A stretch of DNA of 64,000 nucleotides from Eledone cirrhosa (taxonomy: Eukaryota). The notes beneath the pieces are model-generated. The model was not told where the DNA came from and did not search any database. It worked only from the letters and a program-made list of their open reading frames with translations. Positions 26,246 to 40,350 of the stretch are shown one piece after another (the stretch's first letter is position 1; each line of letters begins with the position of its first letter). The stretch lies in assembly GCA_964016885.1 (NCBI GenBank), contig OZ024751.1, forward strand, positions 21,824,001 to 21,888,000, written 5' to 3'. The position numbers and the translations under genes are program-made.

Positions 26246-26388
26246 TGAACTGTATATTTTCTCTTTCATCACAATAATGGAGGGGTGGAGGGGAGGTCTA
26301 AATGATATAAAGATATGTCTCGGGTGTTGTCGGGTACATTTGATAGCCATTGTAGAGATACGCTCCTATATAACAAAGATTTATAAAC
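26120..26388 (-). terminator. Exon 3 read-through extension and proximal intronic poly(A) site
   Basis: Frame stays open for 39 codons past the weak donor to TGA at 26269; then TGTA, AATAAA (26210-26205), ATTAAA (26180-26175) and GU-rich ctgttgtttttgtttgtgttg (about 26143-26123). Confidence 0.6.
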
Positions 26389-26484
26389 CTCTTGCTCAAT
26401 GTAACTCTTCCAATAGCGTCCAGCATTAGGAAACTGCGTTACAAGCCTCTCATAGGTATTTCGGGCATCTCCGATCATTTTCAT
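26389..26484 (-). CDS. CSTF3: CstF-77 coding exon 3 ([32 protein letters not shown]), first HAT repeat
   Basis: ttttcag acceptor, 96 nt, weak donor GAG|gtttat; resembles human [32 protein letters not shown]; inside ORF 26269..26508. Confidence 0.96.
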
Positions 26485-27981
26485 CTGAAAATATAAAATA
26501 GAATCCATGACACCTTAATAAACTTTCTTAAAACAACAACAAAAAAAAAATAAAAAAAAAGGGAAAGAAAAAAATTCAAAGAATAATGTCATATGTGGAT
26601 AAAAGTTAAGGATTATATTTTTGAAATTTATAGCTGATCCCTATACAGCTTTATCCTCCTATGAGGTTGTTCAGATGTTTTAATGATAGAGGTATATGAC
26701 CTGACCCCGAGTCCAAAATTAACTACTAAGCCACGCACCTTCGTGGATTATATCATTACATATAGAAATCTATATTTTCATAATGAAATATAGGTTGAAT
26801 AAAGTATACATCTGTGTATATGTATGTGGGGTAAGCAGACCAAGGAAATCTATTCAAGAATGTATATCAACAAGTATAGTCAATGACTTTTATGGCTGAA
26901 ATGTTTTCTAGTGACAAACAATATCACAATTAGATTTATGTTCCAATTGATTTTTTCGCAAAATATTTTGTGTGTGTTTTAGAATAGATAGACTGCATCC
27001 CTTTTGTATAGAAAGGAGTTGCCACTAGGTAGAGTATCTGGCTGTAAAACATTGGCTCAAAAAGAACTTCTTGAGTATGAAACCTATTGTAGGGGCTTGA
27101 AAGACTAAAACCCCTGCTTTAAAAAGGAAAATGGCCACAAAATACTTTGTTGTACATTGTCAGCTAATCTCCCGATAACATCTGTCTTAAGCACCAAGTA
27201 GATGCATTGTGAAACAATAAGAGGAATTGAATCATAATTATCTTGATCTTGCTTACATACAACGTTACTGCAGCTCTCACATATGAAGGTTTATTTTCTT
27301 CTTTTCATAGATAGCTTCAGGTTTGTTCTAGATGTATCTACATTCAGATCTGAGTATTTAAGGTCTTATATATATATATATATATGAAGGTGGGTTTAGC
27401 TAGCCCCCAACAAAGTTGCACCTCATAGGTATCTCATGTGTATGTAAATTAATTTATTAGAAGAATCCAGTGAGATTTCCCTCATTTAAAAAAAACACAA
27501 AAAAAACAGAAGTTCAATCTGGTACCAGTTTTGATATTTAAAAAAAAAAGTTGTGTTTTATTTTTTGTTGTTTCACATGCATGCATAATAAAAACAGCAG
27601 CTTGCTTTGACAAATGTTTTGCTTGATTTATTGACAACTTTCTTCTGTGCCATATGTTGGTAACCTTCATAGGGAAAATAAAATCTATGGTGATTATAAA
27701 CATTTCTTTGGTTCAATAATGTTTAATAGAATATATAAGTATAAATATATAGTGGATAGTAAGATATTAAATTACCAGTTAATGTGTGACATAATGAGTT
27801 CACATTTGTCACTGCTACAGATGTTTCATTGTATTTCTAGGTTAACACACACATTTACAATTCTAAGTCTCAATTTTCATGATTGATCTACCTGTGGAGA
27901 ATACCACCAAATCTTTGCTATAAGATTGATTGGTATCCTATTCAAAGGAATAGATATTTAGTTCTCAATATTTTACCTTAA

Positions 27982-28177
27982 CCCTTTAGTTACCAACCTC
28001 GCTATGGTTCTACGAAATAAAACCACCCATTTTAAATTTTCCAACATAATTTTATATAAGAATTTACATTAAGTTACTATCTTAGTAATGAAATAATAAT
28101 TTTGGTAAATCCCTCAATATTCTTCATTAGTTAATTAAAATAAGGTGTATTTCATTTGAAATTTGGTCATGAAAGGG
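27982..28177 (+). mobile_element. piggyBac-type MITE family B
   Basis: TTAA|CCCTTTAGTTACCAA...CATGAAAGGG|TTAA, similar to the 13887 copy. Confidence 0.8.
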
Positions 28178-30036
28178 TTAATCAAGAATCCAAAACTAAA
28201 ACATCTATTTTATGATTTGCAAAAGTAGCTAATTGGAGAGAAAAAAAAAATGTACATTTAAATTTGTTTTATGGGTGCAGGGCATGGTTGTGTGGTTAAG
28301 AAGTTTGCTTTGCAACCAGGTGGTCTTGTGTTCAATCCCACAGCATGGCACCTTGGGCTGCTTATACCATAGTCTTGAGCCAACCAACTCCTTGCGATCA
28401 CGTTTGTATGCGTGCCTTAACATCAACATGGTTTAAAAGCAAGTGGCACCATTTGTTTATGCCCCAATGCTAACCAGTTTGACGAAATATGAAAAGTATG
28501 TACCATACTTAAAAATAAAGACATTTGTTAAGTTATGCTCCAAATACCATACAAATAGTTATATTACTAAATCTTTTTTCCAGTAAGTTGAATACTCAGC
28601 AAGCACAGATAAAGTTTTACCTACTACTTTGTTTAATAGTAAAGCAAATATTTCATGAATTTACATAGGATGAATTGGAAAATAAATTTCTTTAACTCTT
28701 AACAATCTGTACCACATGAAATGATATTACCATGACATTCTTGATAAGTACAAAATAGAATTATGACTGCATCAAATTAAAAAAGTCTTTACTCTAATAC
28801 TGCGATTTTTTACAATGATCCGTCCACTAGTAAAGATACTATAAACATTTAAATTAACAAAGTCAGTTTTAGATATTTTCTACTAAATTGTCACAGGATG
28901 TAAAGAGTTAAAGAAAAATTATAATTCAGAGCAAAGAGTCTTGAATTTAATTTTCATAACCAATAATAGCAATCATAGCACAGAGAAATAATTCATGATA
29001 AACCCTTCGAAATCCTGCTGCCATAACTCATCCAATCTATTCTGATATAGTTGGTTGACAGCAAAGAAGAGTATTTTGCATCAAATAATGCAAGGCAAGC
29101 TTATTTATTGTGTAGATCACATCCTTGTACAATCAACATGAACTGGATTGTACATAGTAATAATTGTTTCTACTTTTGGCACAAGGCCAGCATTACCCAG
29201 TATTAATGGTACTTTATTTTATCGACCCCGTAAGGATGAAAGGCAAAGTTAATAGTAATAATAATACTTTCTTGGCCACAAGGAAATAATAATAGTATGA
29301 AACATTCCAACCTTCTAGTTAGTTAGTCCCTCATGAAACATCAAGTCACAATAGATTTCTACCACCCTGCACAGTTGTAATCCTTGTCACAAGCCAACTC
29401 CCAGGCTAGGCCCACACCTGCCAGGTCTACCTCCACAGCCCTCAACTAGGCCTGAAGTCTGCCTCACCCCATGTGCCCTATTCTGGTTTCCCCCCCTAGG
29501 TACTGATATTACCTCCCTACTTATTGCTTTCGGGGGACACAGTTGGCTCCCGGCAGGGGTGAGCCTCATAAGTTGGAATGACTATTTCAACACGTCTCCC
29601 TCACTATTTCTCCATTCTGGTCTAAGATCAATGACAAAAACAAAACACTAGTCACACTCAGGTGAAATAAAAAAGAAAAAAGAACTTTACAGCTCATACG
29701 TATGCAGGTTTATCTGGCTTCCTACAAGGTTGCATCTAATAGGAGGTTTCTTGAGTGTCATCACAGACCAAGTCAGTACTCAAACGGAGCTACAGAGCTG
29801 AGTCGGAGTCTTGCATATTGCTTACATACATTCCAGCACTCTACCAAGTGCTCGGACAGGTTGGTGACCTACATCTCACATTAGGAAGGTTGTTGTCTCT
29901 TTGACACAACTGGAGATTCATCCCAACCCACTGTTTGGCATTTCACATTACATTCAACAAAGATTAAGAAATAGAAATAAAAACAACAGACAAGACAAGG
30001 AAGAAGCTGCAGTTTATTTCATAGAGAGTGACTCAC

Positions 30037-30138
30037 CTGGGCATCTCTGATTAAAACACTCCATGCCTCAGTATCATAGGGGTATGCAGAAATTCTTTTC
30101 TCAGCTTTCTTTACTTTATCGGGTATGTAACCTATTTC
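30037..30138 (-). CDS. CSTF3: CstF-77 coding exon 2 ([34 protein letters not shown])
   Basis: ctttag acceptor, CAG|gtgagt donor, 102 nt; translation resembles the human CstF-77 N-terminus ([32 protein letters not shown]). Confidence 0.96.
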
Positions 30139-30249
30139 CTAAAGTAGGAAGGAAAAAATAACATTTATTTAAATTGGTCAATAACAAAGTAATAAATAAA
30201 TTAAACAAAACAAACATTTTATTGAAAAACAGTAAATAAATTTTGTTAA

Positions 30250-30454
30250 CCCTTTAGCATTTACATTACTCTATATATACGATTGTATTTTCATGGGAAA
30301 AGCTTTATCTCACATAATATTGAATCAATGAGATTTTGATATTTATTTTGAGAACAATACCTTAACATCAGTATCCGCAGCCAGTTAGAATGGGTTTGAA
30401 CAGAAATAGGTGAGAGAATTCTGGTCAGATACAGACAGTTTAAATGCTAAAGGG
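30250..30454 (+). mobile_element. piggyBac-type MITE family A
   Basis: Both TIRs and TTAA flanks. Confidence 0.88.
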
Positions 30455-30853
30455 TTAACTCATCATAAATATTTTTAGACTAGGGAATATTTGACACACA
30501 AAATAATTGTTATCTGCTGGGGATTTGTTCAAAAGTGTCTTCTTTTCACCCTTCAAATATACATTTATGAAAATATACATTACTTTTTTTCAAATCATTG
30601 CTATTGTTTCATACTGTTTGAGCATGAGCAAAGTTATGAACCATTTTAATCAAAATCCAGGTATAGTGAATTTATATATATATTTATCTACTGTAATGTC
30701 AAATGTATACTCCCAAAATTACCTGTAATATGAGTAACTTTTATAAAACACCAATAAAAAAGCCTCTACAGTCACTCAGTGCCAAAATGCTAACAAATTA
30801 CAATCATAAAAGGACACAAAAATGTAGTCCTGGATACACACTATCTCAATTAA

Positions 30854-31047
30854 CCCTTTAGCATTCACATTACTCTATATATATACTATTATATTTTCAT
30901 GGTAAAGGCTTTACCATGCATAATTATGTCACATAATATCGAATCTATGGGATTTTGAGAATACCTTAACATCAGTTTGAGCACCCAGTTACAGCCAGTT
31001 TCAACAGAAAGAGGTAGAGAATTCTGGCCGGTTTGAACATTAAAGGG
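30854..31047 (+). mobile_element. piggyBac-type MITE family A
   Basis: TTAA|CCCTTTAG...TAAAGGG|TTAA. Confidence 0.85.
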
Positions 31048-32089
31048 TTAAAACAATGGCCACAGCTTGAACACCTTTCATTATAGGATTGTTCAATTGG
31101 GGCTGACTTGAGGCTAAATAACCACAAAAACTGTAGTAGTCTCAATAATATTTATATACTATCTCCCTCTATATACTTTCTCCAGTGCCTTGATGTCTGA
31201 AAAGAAATCTGTTTTCTTAGCAAAACATGGTTTTCAGCTATTTAGTTTGAAGAGATGACTCATGTTATATTTTTGTTCACAGTAAGCTGCAACAAGATCT
31301 CCATATTACTTTTGGTTTTAACCAAGGAATTTCTGACAGCATCTAAAAAATGCTTACAAGGCATTTTATTTCTTATTTATTTTTATCACATTATGAATGT
31401 GCTGATATTTTATTTTCCCTGCTTTCAAATTGGTTTCAGTAAGAAACAAACAAAAATATAAGCACAAGAATCTTCAGGCAGTTCAGTTTAAATCCCTTTT
31501 TAATTTTGAAAATAATCGAAATATTTTAGAGATTTTAGTAAAATATTGTATATACTTGAATATAAGCCGACCCACTGTTTTATGCTTGTGAAGTTGGTGA
31601 AAATATTGCCCCCAAATATAACCCGGCACCACTTCTACCATTGATTTTCAGTCACATATTCCTCAGCTTATATTCAAGTATATACGGTAATTTCTTCCTT
31701 TTGAAGCTGGTATTTGGAATATAACTTAAAATGTTGTTACATAAAATTAAGATAGAACAGCTTTTTATCATAGAGCTGTGGGCACTTTCATATCAAAGGG
31801 CTTAATGTGTGATGGTGGAAGCAATATGTTTTTTTTTTACCCAAATTTAATCATGTCTTTCCTTTCTAACTCTAAATCTTAACATTCAATCAGTTCTTTC
31901 TAGTACCCTTTTGATACCAAACCACCTGAAACCGACTCAAGACAAATTAACTTTATCATTATCCATCTGGGTGGAGGGTTGGTAGAATTGCTAGCTTTGC
32001 CTTTAATCCTTCCATGATGGAGAAAATAAAGTGCCAATTAAGTATTGGGGTCGAGTTTGGTTCTGTATTTAAATTAGAAACTATCCAAG

Positions 32090-32350
32090 GTAGTGTGCAG
32101 GAGAGATGACTGCATTAGTACAGGCATATGATGTGCATGGGTGATGATCGATAGGTGAAGAACTGCCAAGAAATCCCAGTGGAAAGAAGCCACAGTAGAG
32201 GTAAACCAAGAAAGACCTGGGCAGAGGTTGTGAGAGCTGATCTCACATTGCTGAGATTCACAGAGGAGATGACAAAGGAGCATGGCGAGTGGAAAGATGC
32301 TCTGCTGAGACAGACCTGTCCAACCCATGGAAAATGGATGTGACGATGAT
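32090..32350 (+). mobile_element. Decayed RTE LINE 3' fragment
   Basis: RGKPRKTWAEVVRADL...WKDALLRQTCPTH, followed by the family tail. Confidence 0.8.
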
Positions 32351-33789
32351 ATTCCTCAAATATTAAAATTTTTACAAAGGTTCTTATATAAACACTTGCT
32401 TTCTAATAATGTGGTAGAGGCATCTAAATTTCTTATGAAAAAAAAAAAAAAAGAATTTTAGATCTGATGTAAAATACAAGAGAAACTGTGCAGTGTAACA
32501 ACTATTGGATGTATTCTCTATGTTATATATCTATCTAGATGAGATTAACTAACTTCTCTATGGCAGAGAATACCTCTAACTCTCATATATTATGGATTAT
32601 TGAACTTAACATCCTAACCCTTCTCATTATAAAATATAATTAAAAACTATATTTTAAAGAGCTTATAATTATCTAAAAATCTATCATTTTGTATAAACCT
32701 TTGTTACATTATGTTCCAGACAACAGTTTAAAAATTCCTTCAAATTCATGATTACTTTGAAAATTATTTGAAACTTATAAGCAGTGCATTTTATTAGAAA
32801 TATGTAAACGAAAGATTTAAATAAAGTAATGAAAACATTGCAGTAATCATGAGAGTTTTAACAATTTAGAAAGAAACCCCACCAATACTTCCACACAACA
32901 GAATGAACTATGTTTATAATGCCACAAAAACCAGGATAAGCACTGAGCTCAAGACAGACTTTAGACATGTTTTAGATTGCCTTAAGCAACCAAGAGTACA
33001 ATATACCCTCCTGGATTGGAAGCCAGTTCATTGCAGGGTTAACCTCCAGCTGTTACTTAAATAAATTGTCTTGCTCAAGAACATAATGCCCATGCTTGTA
33101 CTTGATATTCTCTCCATATAATAAAAACGAGACATGGATGGATATAAAGAGAAACCCTATAGTTTGTTTACTGACGTTGAGGTGATTTAAAATAAGAATG
33201 TATTTGAATAATTTATTTCTAGGATATAATTGCAAATGTTCAATGTAATGTACAAATGACAATCAAGGTTAAATGTATGTGTAACTTTGGAGAGTAACTA
33301 TGTATAGGGACCAATGTAGGGCTGGAACCCTACAATGGAACAACTAATCTAACCCATACTAGCATGGAAAAAAAGGAAATTAAACACTGATGATGATACA
33401 CACACATATAAACACACGTGGCATATTACTATGGTTGGTAACAATCTCATCAATACAATGGGGCTTAATAGGTCATTCTTGACAAGATCACAGCTAAAAG
33501 CTAAGCTATTAATCAATTATTGTCTAGACATGTACTTACACACTCCCCAAGTAATTCCCCTATTAACTATGTAGCTTTCAAACACGTCAAATCTAACTGC
33601 CATAAAGATGATGCTATTTGTTCAGACCAGCCATGACCCAGTTTTGATGACATGTTGTTGCATGTTACCTTCAACTGTTAGAGCACCATGTACCAAATCA
33701 GATTTTTCACATTTTCTGAATTCCATCAGAACACCTAACGCCACTAGTAATGTTAATGTACGAGGATGGAGGATGGCATGAACGGTAAG

Positions 33790-34110
33790 GGCAGACAGTT
33801 GAAGACATGTTTTGGCATGATCAAATAAGATCTGGCCCTCACATATATGGTGACTGTCTTAGGAAACATGAACTGGTACCAGATCAGATCCTCAAATATA
33901 TGGTGTCTACCATTGAAAACATGATTTGGCACGATCAAGTCAGATCTGGTCTTCACACATATGGTGTCTGCCATTGGAAATATGAACTGGCACAATCAAA
34001 TCAGATCTTGAGCTAAGATCTGGTCCTCATATATATTGTGTCTACCATTGAAAACATGGTTTGGCACGATCAAATCAGATCCTCACATATATGGTGTCTG
34101 CCACTGGAAT
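33790..34110. repeat. ~55-bp minisatellite
   Basis: Repeating tcagatctggtcctcacatatatggtgtctgccattgaaaacatg...ggcacgatcaa. Confidence 0.8.
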
Positions 34111-35519
34111 CATAACCAGCTGATATCTACATTAGAAGTCTGTGATTACTGTGCATGGGCAACCTCTGTTTGCAACACTGTGGATGTTCTGGTTGGAACC
34201 AACATCAATCCATCTTATGGAAATACCAACACAAGTAAAAGTAAAAGTTAAGTCATTTCATAGTGATACCTTACCCTACTACATTAATCAGGCTGAGTTA
34301 ACGAGGGAGCTCATGATCATCAGCTACTATACAATTATTTGATCTGTTAGAAATAGCAGCCAAATCTTTCTAGTTTAAGGTTATATACTTGTCAATAGTT
34401 AAGTAAATAGCAATATATCACCTATCCAACATTATTTCATAACCACCATCATCATTTAGTAACCATTTTCCCCCGTTAGCAAAGGTTGGACAGCTTTTCA
34501 CAAACTGAGTCAGTACTTAATCAGAGCTCCTGACCTCTCATTTGAGCCAGGGTACATACACTTCTACACATAACTTAAGTGTCCTCAAAAGTCAGTACTC
34601 ACCAGGGCTTTGAGATTAACTGGGAGCCTGCATCTTGCTGACATACATTCCCACACTCTACTCAGGAAAGAATAGCCAGGCAGATTTTTCAGGAGACCCA
34701 GGGGTAGACCCCAAGCAAGATGGTGGAAATGAAAGCCAAGGGATGTAGTGAAGAGAGGGTATAGAAGATGGGGGGGGGGGGGGGGTGAAATGGAGAAATT
34801 TGTCATGGCTCCCCACAAGGCTAACCCATAATTTAGCAAGGAAAATGGCCTTAAAAACACTTGTACAAATTAATTGTAAAACACAAAGAAAAAAAGAGAG
34901 TTTGGTTCTTGGACCAATCAATCTCCTCCCCCACTGCCAAAGATAACCTAAAGCAGACTAACCCATGCTAGCGTGGAAGATGGACGTTAAACGAAGATGA
35001 TGAGACTAAATTCAGACACAACAGCTATTTCTAATCTCTCTATTTCTCATTCCTCACTGTTCTATTTTCTTTCTATTTCTCTACCTCACATTCCTCAATA
35101 TTCTATCTTCTCTCTATTTCTCTGTCTCTCATTCTTCCCTATTCTATCTTCTCTCTTCAAATCAATCATCTAATTAGTTCAATTTCTAGTCTACATCTAT
35201 GACTGGTTCTCTTTCTCCTCCAAATTATAAAAATTTCAAGCTACAAATAAAATAACATTTGTAACCAGAATCATGTTTTTATATTATTCAATTGTTGGGA
35301 ATAAAGATTTCATTAGTCAGTGGTAACCAAAAACGTGTACATACATATAAAAAAAAGAAGTTTAAACGCTGAAGAAAAGGTTTAACCCTTTTGATACTAA
35401 ACCACCCAAAACCAACCCAGTTCCATTTGTTTTAAAGTGTTTATATTTATCTTGAAAGCCTTTCGTTATAGTTTTATGTATGAACCTTAAGTTTTGTGCC
35501 AAATACAAGATAAATGAAA

Positions 35520-35610
35520 GTAGCAGCTCTCTGATCCCTGAGACACAGAGTCTATCGAGCAACGTTACTCCTGAGGAACTCCATTTCGGTTGCTTGTATT
35601 TGTGACCGAC
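35520..35610 (-). mobile_element. Short decayed RTE fragment
   Basis: RSQIQATEMEFLR...LDRLCVSGIRE resembles the RTE C-terminal IQAAEMRFLR motif. Confidence 0.55.
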
Positions 35611-38600
35611 CGTATTTTAATGATAATGAACAATCTTTGTAGGTTCCTATCTTATCTGACCTAAAATGTCAGTTGTGTTAGCAGTTATCACAATTAATAG
35701 ATACTAAAGATTTGTTGAATCAATATAGCTATCTGTTGGAATATTCTCAACTATTGCCATATTGAAATTCTATTGATCATAGCATCAATCACTGTTTAAC
35801 CTCTATTTTGCAGGCCTGCATGAGTTAAACAGGCTATCATGCTCATTTTTGGCTTGGTTTCTTACAGCTAGATGCCCTTCATAACACCAGACCCTTTACA
35901 GTGTGTACCGGGTCCCTTTTGTTGTGGTATCAACACTATCACTTTACAAGGTGCCTTTTGACATAGCACCAGCACTACCACCTTATAGAGTGAACTGGAT
36001 GCCTTTTGTCGTGGCAGCAATACTACCATCTTTTAGAGTGAACTAGGTGTTTTTTTGTGGTGACACCAGCATGACCAGTGAATATTAAATGAATTGTTCA
36101 AATAGTTTGCCTTTCATTCAAATCAAATATAACAAAGGTTTTATTCTTAAAACAATATTTATTCATACAATAAGAGTGTTAAGGCCATCTTCCCTCTTAA
36201 AATGCGGATTAGTATTGTGGCCCTTGTGACAGAGTTCACACATATATATATATATGTCTTTTTTATGGGCGAGTCAGGTTAATACAGTTTTGATAAGCTA
36301 ATAAATAACATCAGCAAAACTTTGAAGCAAACCACTACCATTAACAACAAATATATACATATTTTAATGACAGATACTTCATATTAATTATTTTAATATA
36401 TTTTTGAATCAGCTAAAAAAAATCTAACAATACACTAACAATAGAATGACAAAGAATGGTCGATCACAAAATAGAACTAATTTACTTTTGGTTAAGAATG
36501 ATGAAAGAAAACTGAAAAATGTCTAAATGAAGGCCCTACTCTCATGCAATATTCATAAAACTGCACACACAACCAATTAGGGCAACAAAAGACCTGTTGG
36601 TGTGTGCAGTATTCTTTCAGATCTATTGTATGCAATGTTCTATAGCTAGTACAGTTGTTCACATGGGTTATACAGCAATAAATAAGCTAATTGTTGATTA
36701 ATAGCTGATGAAAGCTAATCAAGCTAAGTAGAAGTGAAATAATAGGTCGGGGTTAGCAATATGTTCAAAATGAAAACCAAGATACAGATAATGTATCATT
36801 CTATTTATTACAAACTACTCTTAGAAGAAAAAACTTCAAAAATTTTCAATATTAGTTTGAAAATATATAAACAATCGTTTGTTTTGTTTTGAACTGTTTC
36901 AACTCCACATTTGAAAAGAGGGTTATAACCCTGAAATATCATGTTGAAATACACTGGGTTGACATGTGGTGTTTATGAGGCTGTTTACTTGCAAACAGAC
37001 CGAATATTAATATTATGATATTATATTATTATTATTATTCAATTCCGAATACATACATACATATATATATCTTTGTTTTGTTTTATTTGTCATCATTTGC
37101 CCTTTGTATCTCTCTACCACATTGTATTGGCTTTTTGAAAATGATCAACCTTTTATCCTCATGGAAAAAATGCAAGTCCATTTCGTTTTCTGAATAGCAA
37201 ACCTAATGAAAATTTTTTTAGTAATGCAGCCTGCTTTATAAATAGCCATATCTCATGTGACCCACAACTCAAAAAAGGTTGCCCATGCCCAATCTAAATT
37301 ATAACTCTACATCCTTTTTAGCTGTCAGAAAAACAAATGCTACCGTCGTCTCTCAAAAATGTCCTACAATTTGTTGAAATTCATGGAGCACAAAAGTAAA
37401 ACAAAGAAGGGGAATCATGTTGTACAATGCTTTCATTCAAACCAGAAATCAGCATTTTCTGGACAATGTGTTGTCGATTTCCTTCTCTATAGTAATGAAA
37501 AGGTTAATAGCTAGCTAGAAAATATACAGAAAGCAGCTTTTAATACAATTCACTAAGAAAAGAAAAAAAATGATATTGAATTGCATAAGTTGAAGTTTCT
37601 TTGACTTCATTCACATCTTTTAGCCCTTCCATTACTATAAAGGTTCTTACATAAAATTATGATGGAAGGTTTTCAAATATAAAAACAGTTTTGTATTGTA
37701 GAAGCAAAGCTGTTTGGTATCAAAAGGATTAAACAAAAATAAAATTGGGGAACTACTGTAAATACTCAATTATAAGCCAAGGAATATGTGACCAAAATAT
37801 ATTGATGGTAAAATGGGAGGGAGGGGGGGGGGGGAACCATCTAAAGATTGTGTTGATTAGCTGGCTCAGCTTATAAATGGGGTTTGGATTTTTGCCCATT
37901 TCTCAAGACATAAAATAGCAATATTGGCTTATATTCGAGTATATACACTGATTAATTAATTAAATATTGCAAGGATGGTCTGGTGTTTCACTCACCCAGG
38001 GTCAATAAAATAAGCACTAGTTAAGTAGTGGAATAAATTCAAACTGCAAAACCTTCTCTACAAATCTGTGGTCTGTGTTAATGTAAGGAAACAATTCAGT
38101 ACCATACAAAGTGGTTCAGATGTTTGGGAGACAGCCAATCATCAAGCTCAGTGAAATGAAACCTATGTTGGTTTAGCTTGCATTTCAGAGGTTTCTACAA
38201 TGTTTTAATAAGGGCTCCAGTCATATTGTGAAAACAACATGAAATGAAGTGTCTTGTTCAACGACACAATGTGCAGTCTAATCCAGGGATCCAACCTTAA
38301 GATCGTGACCAACAATTTAACCACTAGACCACAGAGTTTCACAACAATCCTAATACATCACAAGAATTACTTTCTACATTCTTAATAAACCCAAAACAGA
38401 GGACCTTCTACTCAACTGCTTGATTTGCTAGAAATAGCAGTCATATTTTCCTCAAATTACACCCTATTATCACAAAATGATAGATACATTAGCTAATGTA
38501 GACCTAGATTTTAAAAAACCATGGCTAGAATACCTATGATCTTTGGTCTGCTCAATCAAGCATAACCTGGGCTAAACGATAATAATTAAACACCAATAAT

Positions 38601-39338
38601 ACAGTGAATTGATTATATTCTTCTTCCTCATAATACAGTGAATTGATTATAATCTTCTCCCTCCAATAAGTATGTGTGTGTGTGTATATACACACATATA
38701 TGTGTGTGAGTGAGTGTTTATGTATATATTCCCAATTTGCACTGTTTCAAATACAGATGTCTGCACGTAGAAAAGTCCAGACGATTTCTTACGAATGAAA
38801 CAGTTCTAGTCCTGTAGAAGTCATGTCTTCCCCCCTCTCTCACACAAAATATATATGCCGTATACATACATACAAATATATATCTCTTCCTCGTTGAGCT
38901 GAAAAATCCTAATAAAATACATTCTCTACAACTAACCTCAATTATATATGAATTAAGTACTCATTTAAAATTCATCTTTGTTTTTCCTAAGAAAATCCAA
39001 TGCATACACGTTTCGCCGTCGGTTTAAGCTTGATCGTGATCGCAAGGCCTATCTTATAATATTAATTATGTATATAAGGATTTTAATAATTAAACTCACT
39101 ACCTAAACATGCATCGAGTACTGCTTTGTCTTCCATACCGTGAACTCTCTCTCTCCTTCTGTATGTTTGTTTGTGTGTATGTGTGTAAATATATATATAT
39201 AGAGTCCAGAAATAGCCGTCGAAACGGCTTGAGCTCTGCCGTCGGGGTCATACTTGTTCCTATTACCCACTCTACTACTCTAAGTATTGAGTACTTCGGT
39301 GCGTTATGGTCCATCTGGTTCCTTACCACAATTCCTTC

Positions 39339-39393
<55 letters not shown>

Positions 39394-40111
39394 CTAAGGC
39401 GAATTATAAATAATTTTATACAAATTAACATATAGATTGTTAATTTGAGATGAAGTAAAAATAGCGACACTTATGTCGTTTTAGCTTGAAAAAAAAAAGT
39501 CTTCGGAACATTGTACTTCAAATAGCAGCGATACAGGTTTTATAAAACAAATTAAATTTTTTTTTAAACCAGAATCTCGTTAGCGGCTTCACAGGCATAA
39601 GATCAAAGGCATTTTCAGCTCAGCCGTCGCAACCTCCTCAGTAACTACATTACTTCATATGGTTTGAAGATGTAGCTATTTCTAACAAGTCGACAGTCCA
39701 TGCAGAGACACCTTTAGACTAGTAAATTAAAACATGTTAATAACATACGTATAGGCGCATGTATATATATATTATATATATGTGTGTGTATGTGCACATG
39801 TGTGTATATACATACACACGTGTGCGTAGAACATGCTGTATATAGAAATATACAAAGCCACGAGGATGGACGTGGTCATTCCACCTGACAAATTTCTATT
39901 AAACTGTGTCCTACATCAAATAATTGTTTCTACTTTTGGCACAAGGCCAGCAATTTCCCAGTACATTACTGGTACTTTATTTTATCAACCTCGTAAGGAT
40001 GAAAGGCAAAGTTTCGGCCATCAAATAATGTAATGTAGTCATAGATACAATAATTCTAAAATGAAAACAATGACTGGGTGCCTTTGTTCATTTCGGGGAT
40101 AACAACTAAAT

Positions 40112-40350
40112 CAGTAGGTCCTCAAACTTTTTTGTAGTGGAAACCTTTTTAAAAAATCGCAGAATCCACAACTACATTTTACGGCAACCTCATCGCCCCA
40201 ATTTTAATAAGACATTTAATGAAACAAAATGTTTTAGAGAGAGAATTTATTCATATATTAAACATATCGATGTTTATTCAATTTCATTATACAAGACACT
40301 TTATTTGGCAGGACTTGGCAGTTCCCTGGAACCCATTTTGTGAAACACTG
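40112..40350. mobile_element. hAT-like MITE
   Basis: cagt...caaa / tttgtgaaacactg ends with imperfect 8-bp flanks aactaaat / acctaaac. Confidence 0.5.

Noticed and set aside
30715-30740. Recursive splice site cag|gtaatt in intron 1
   Set aside because: Poor pyrimidine tract; expected by chance.
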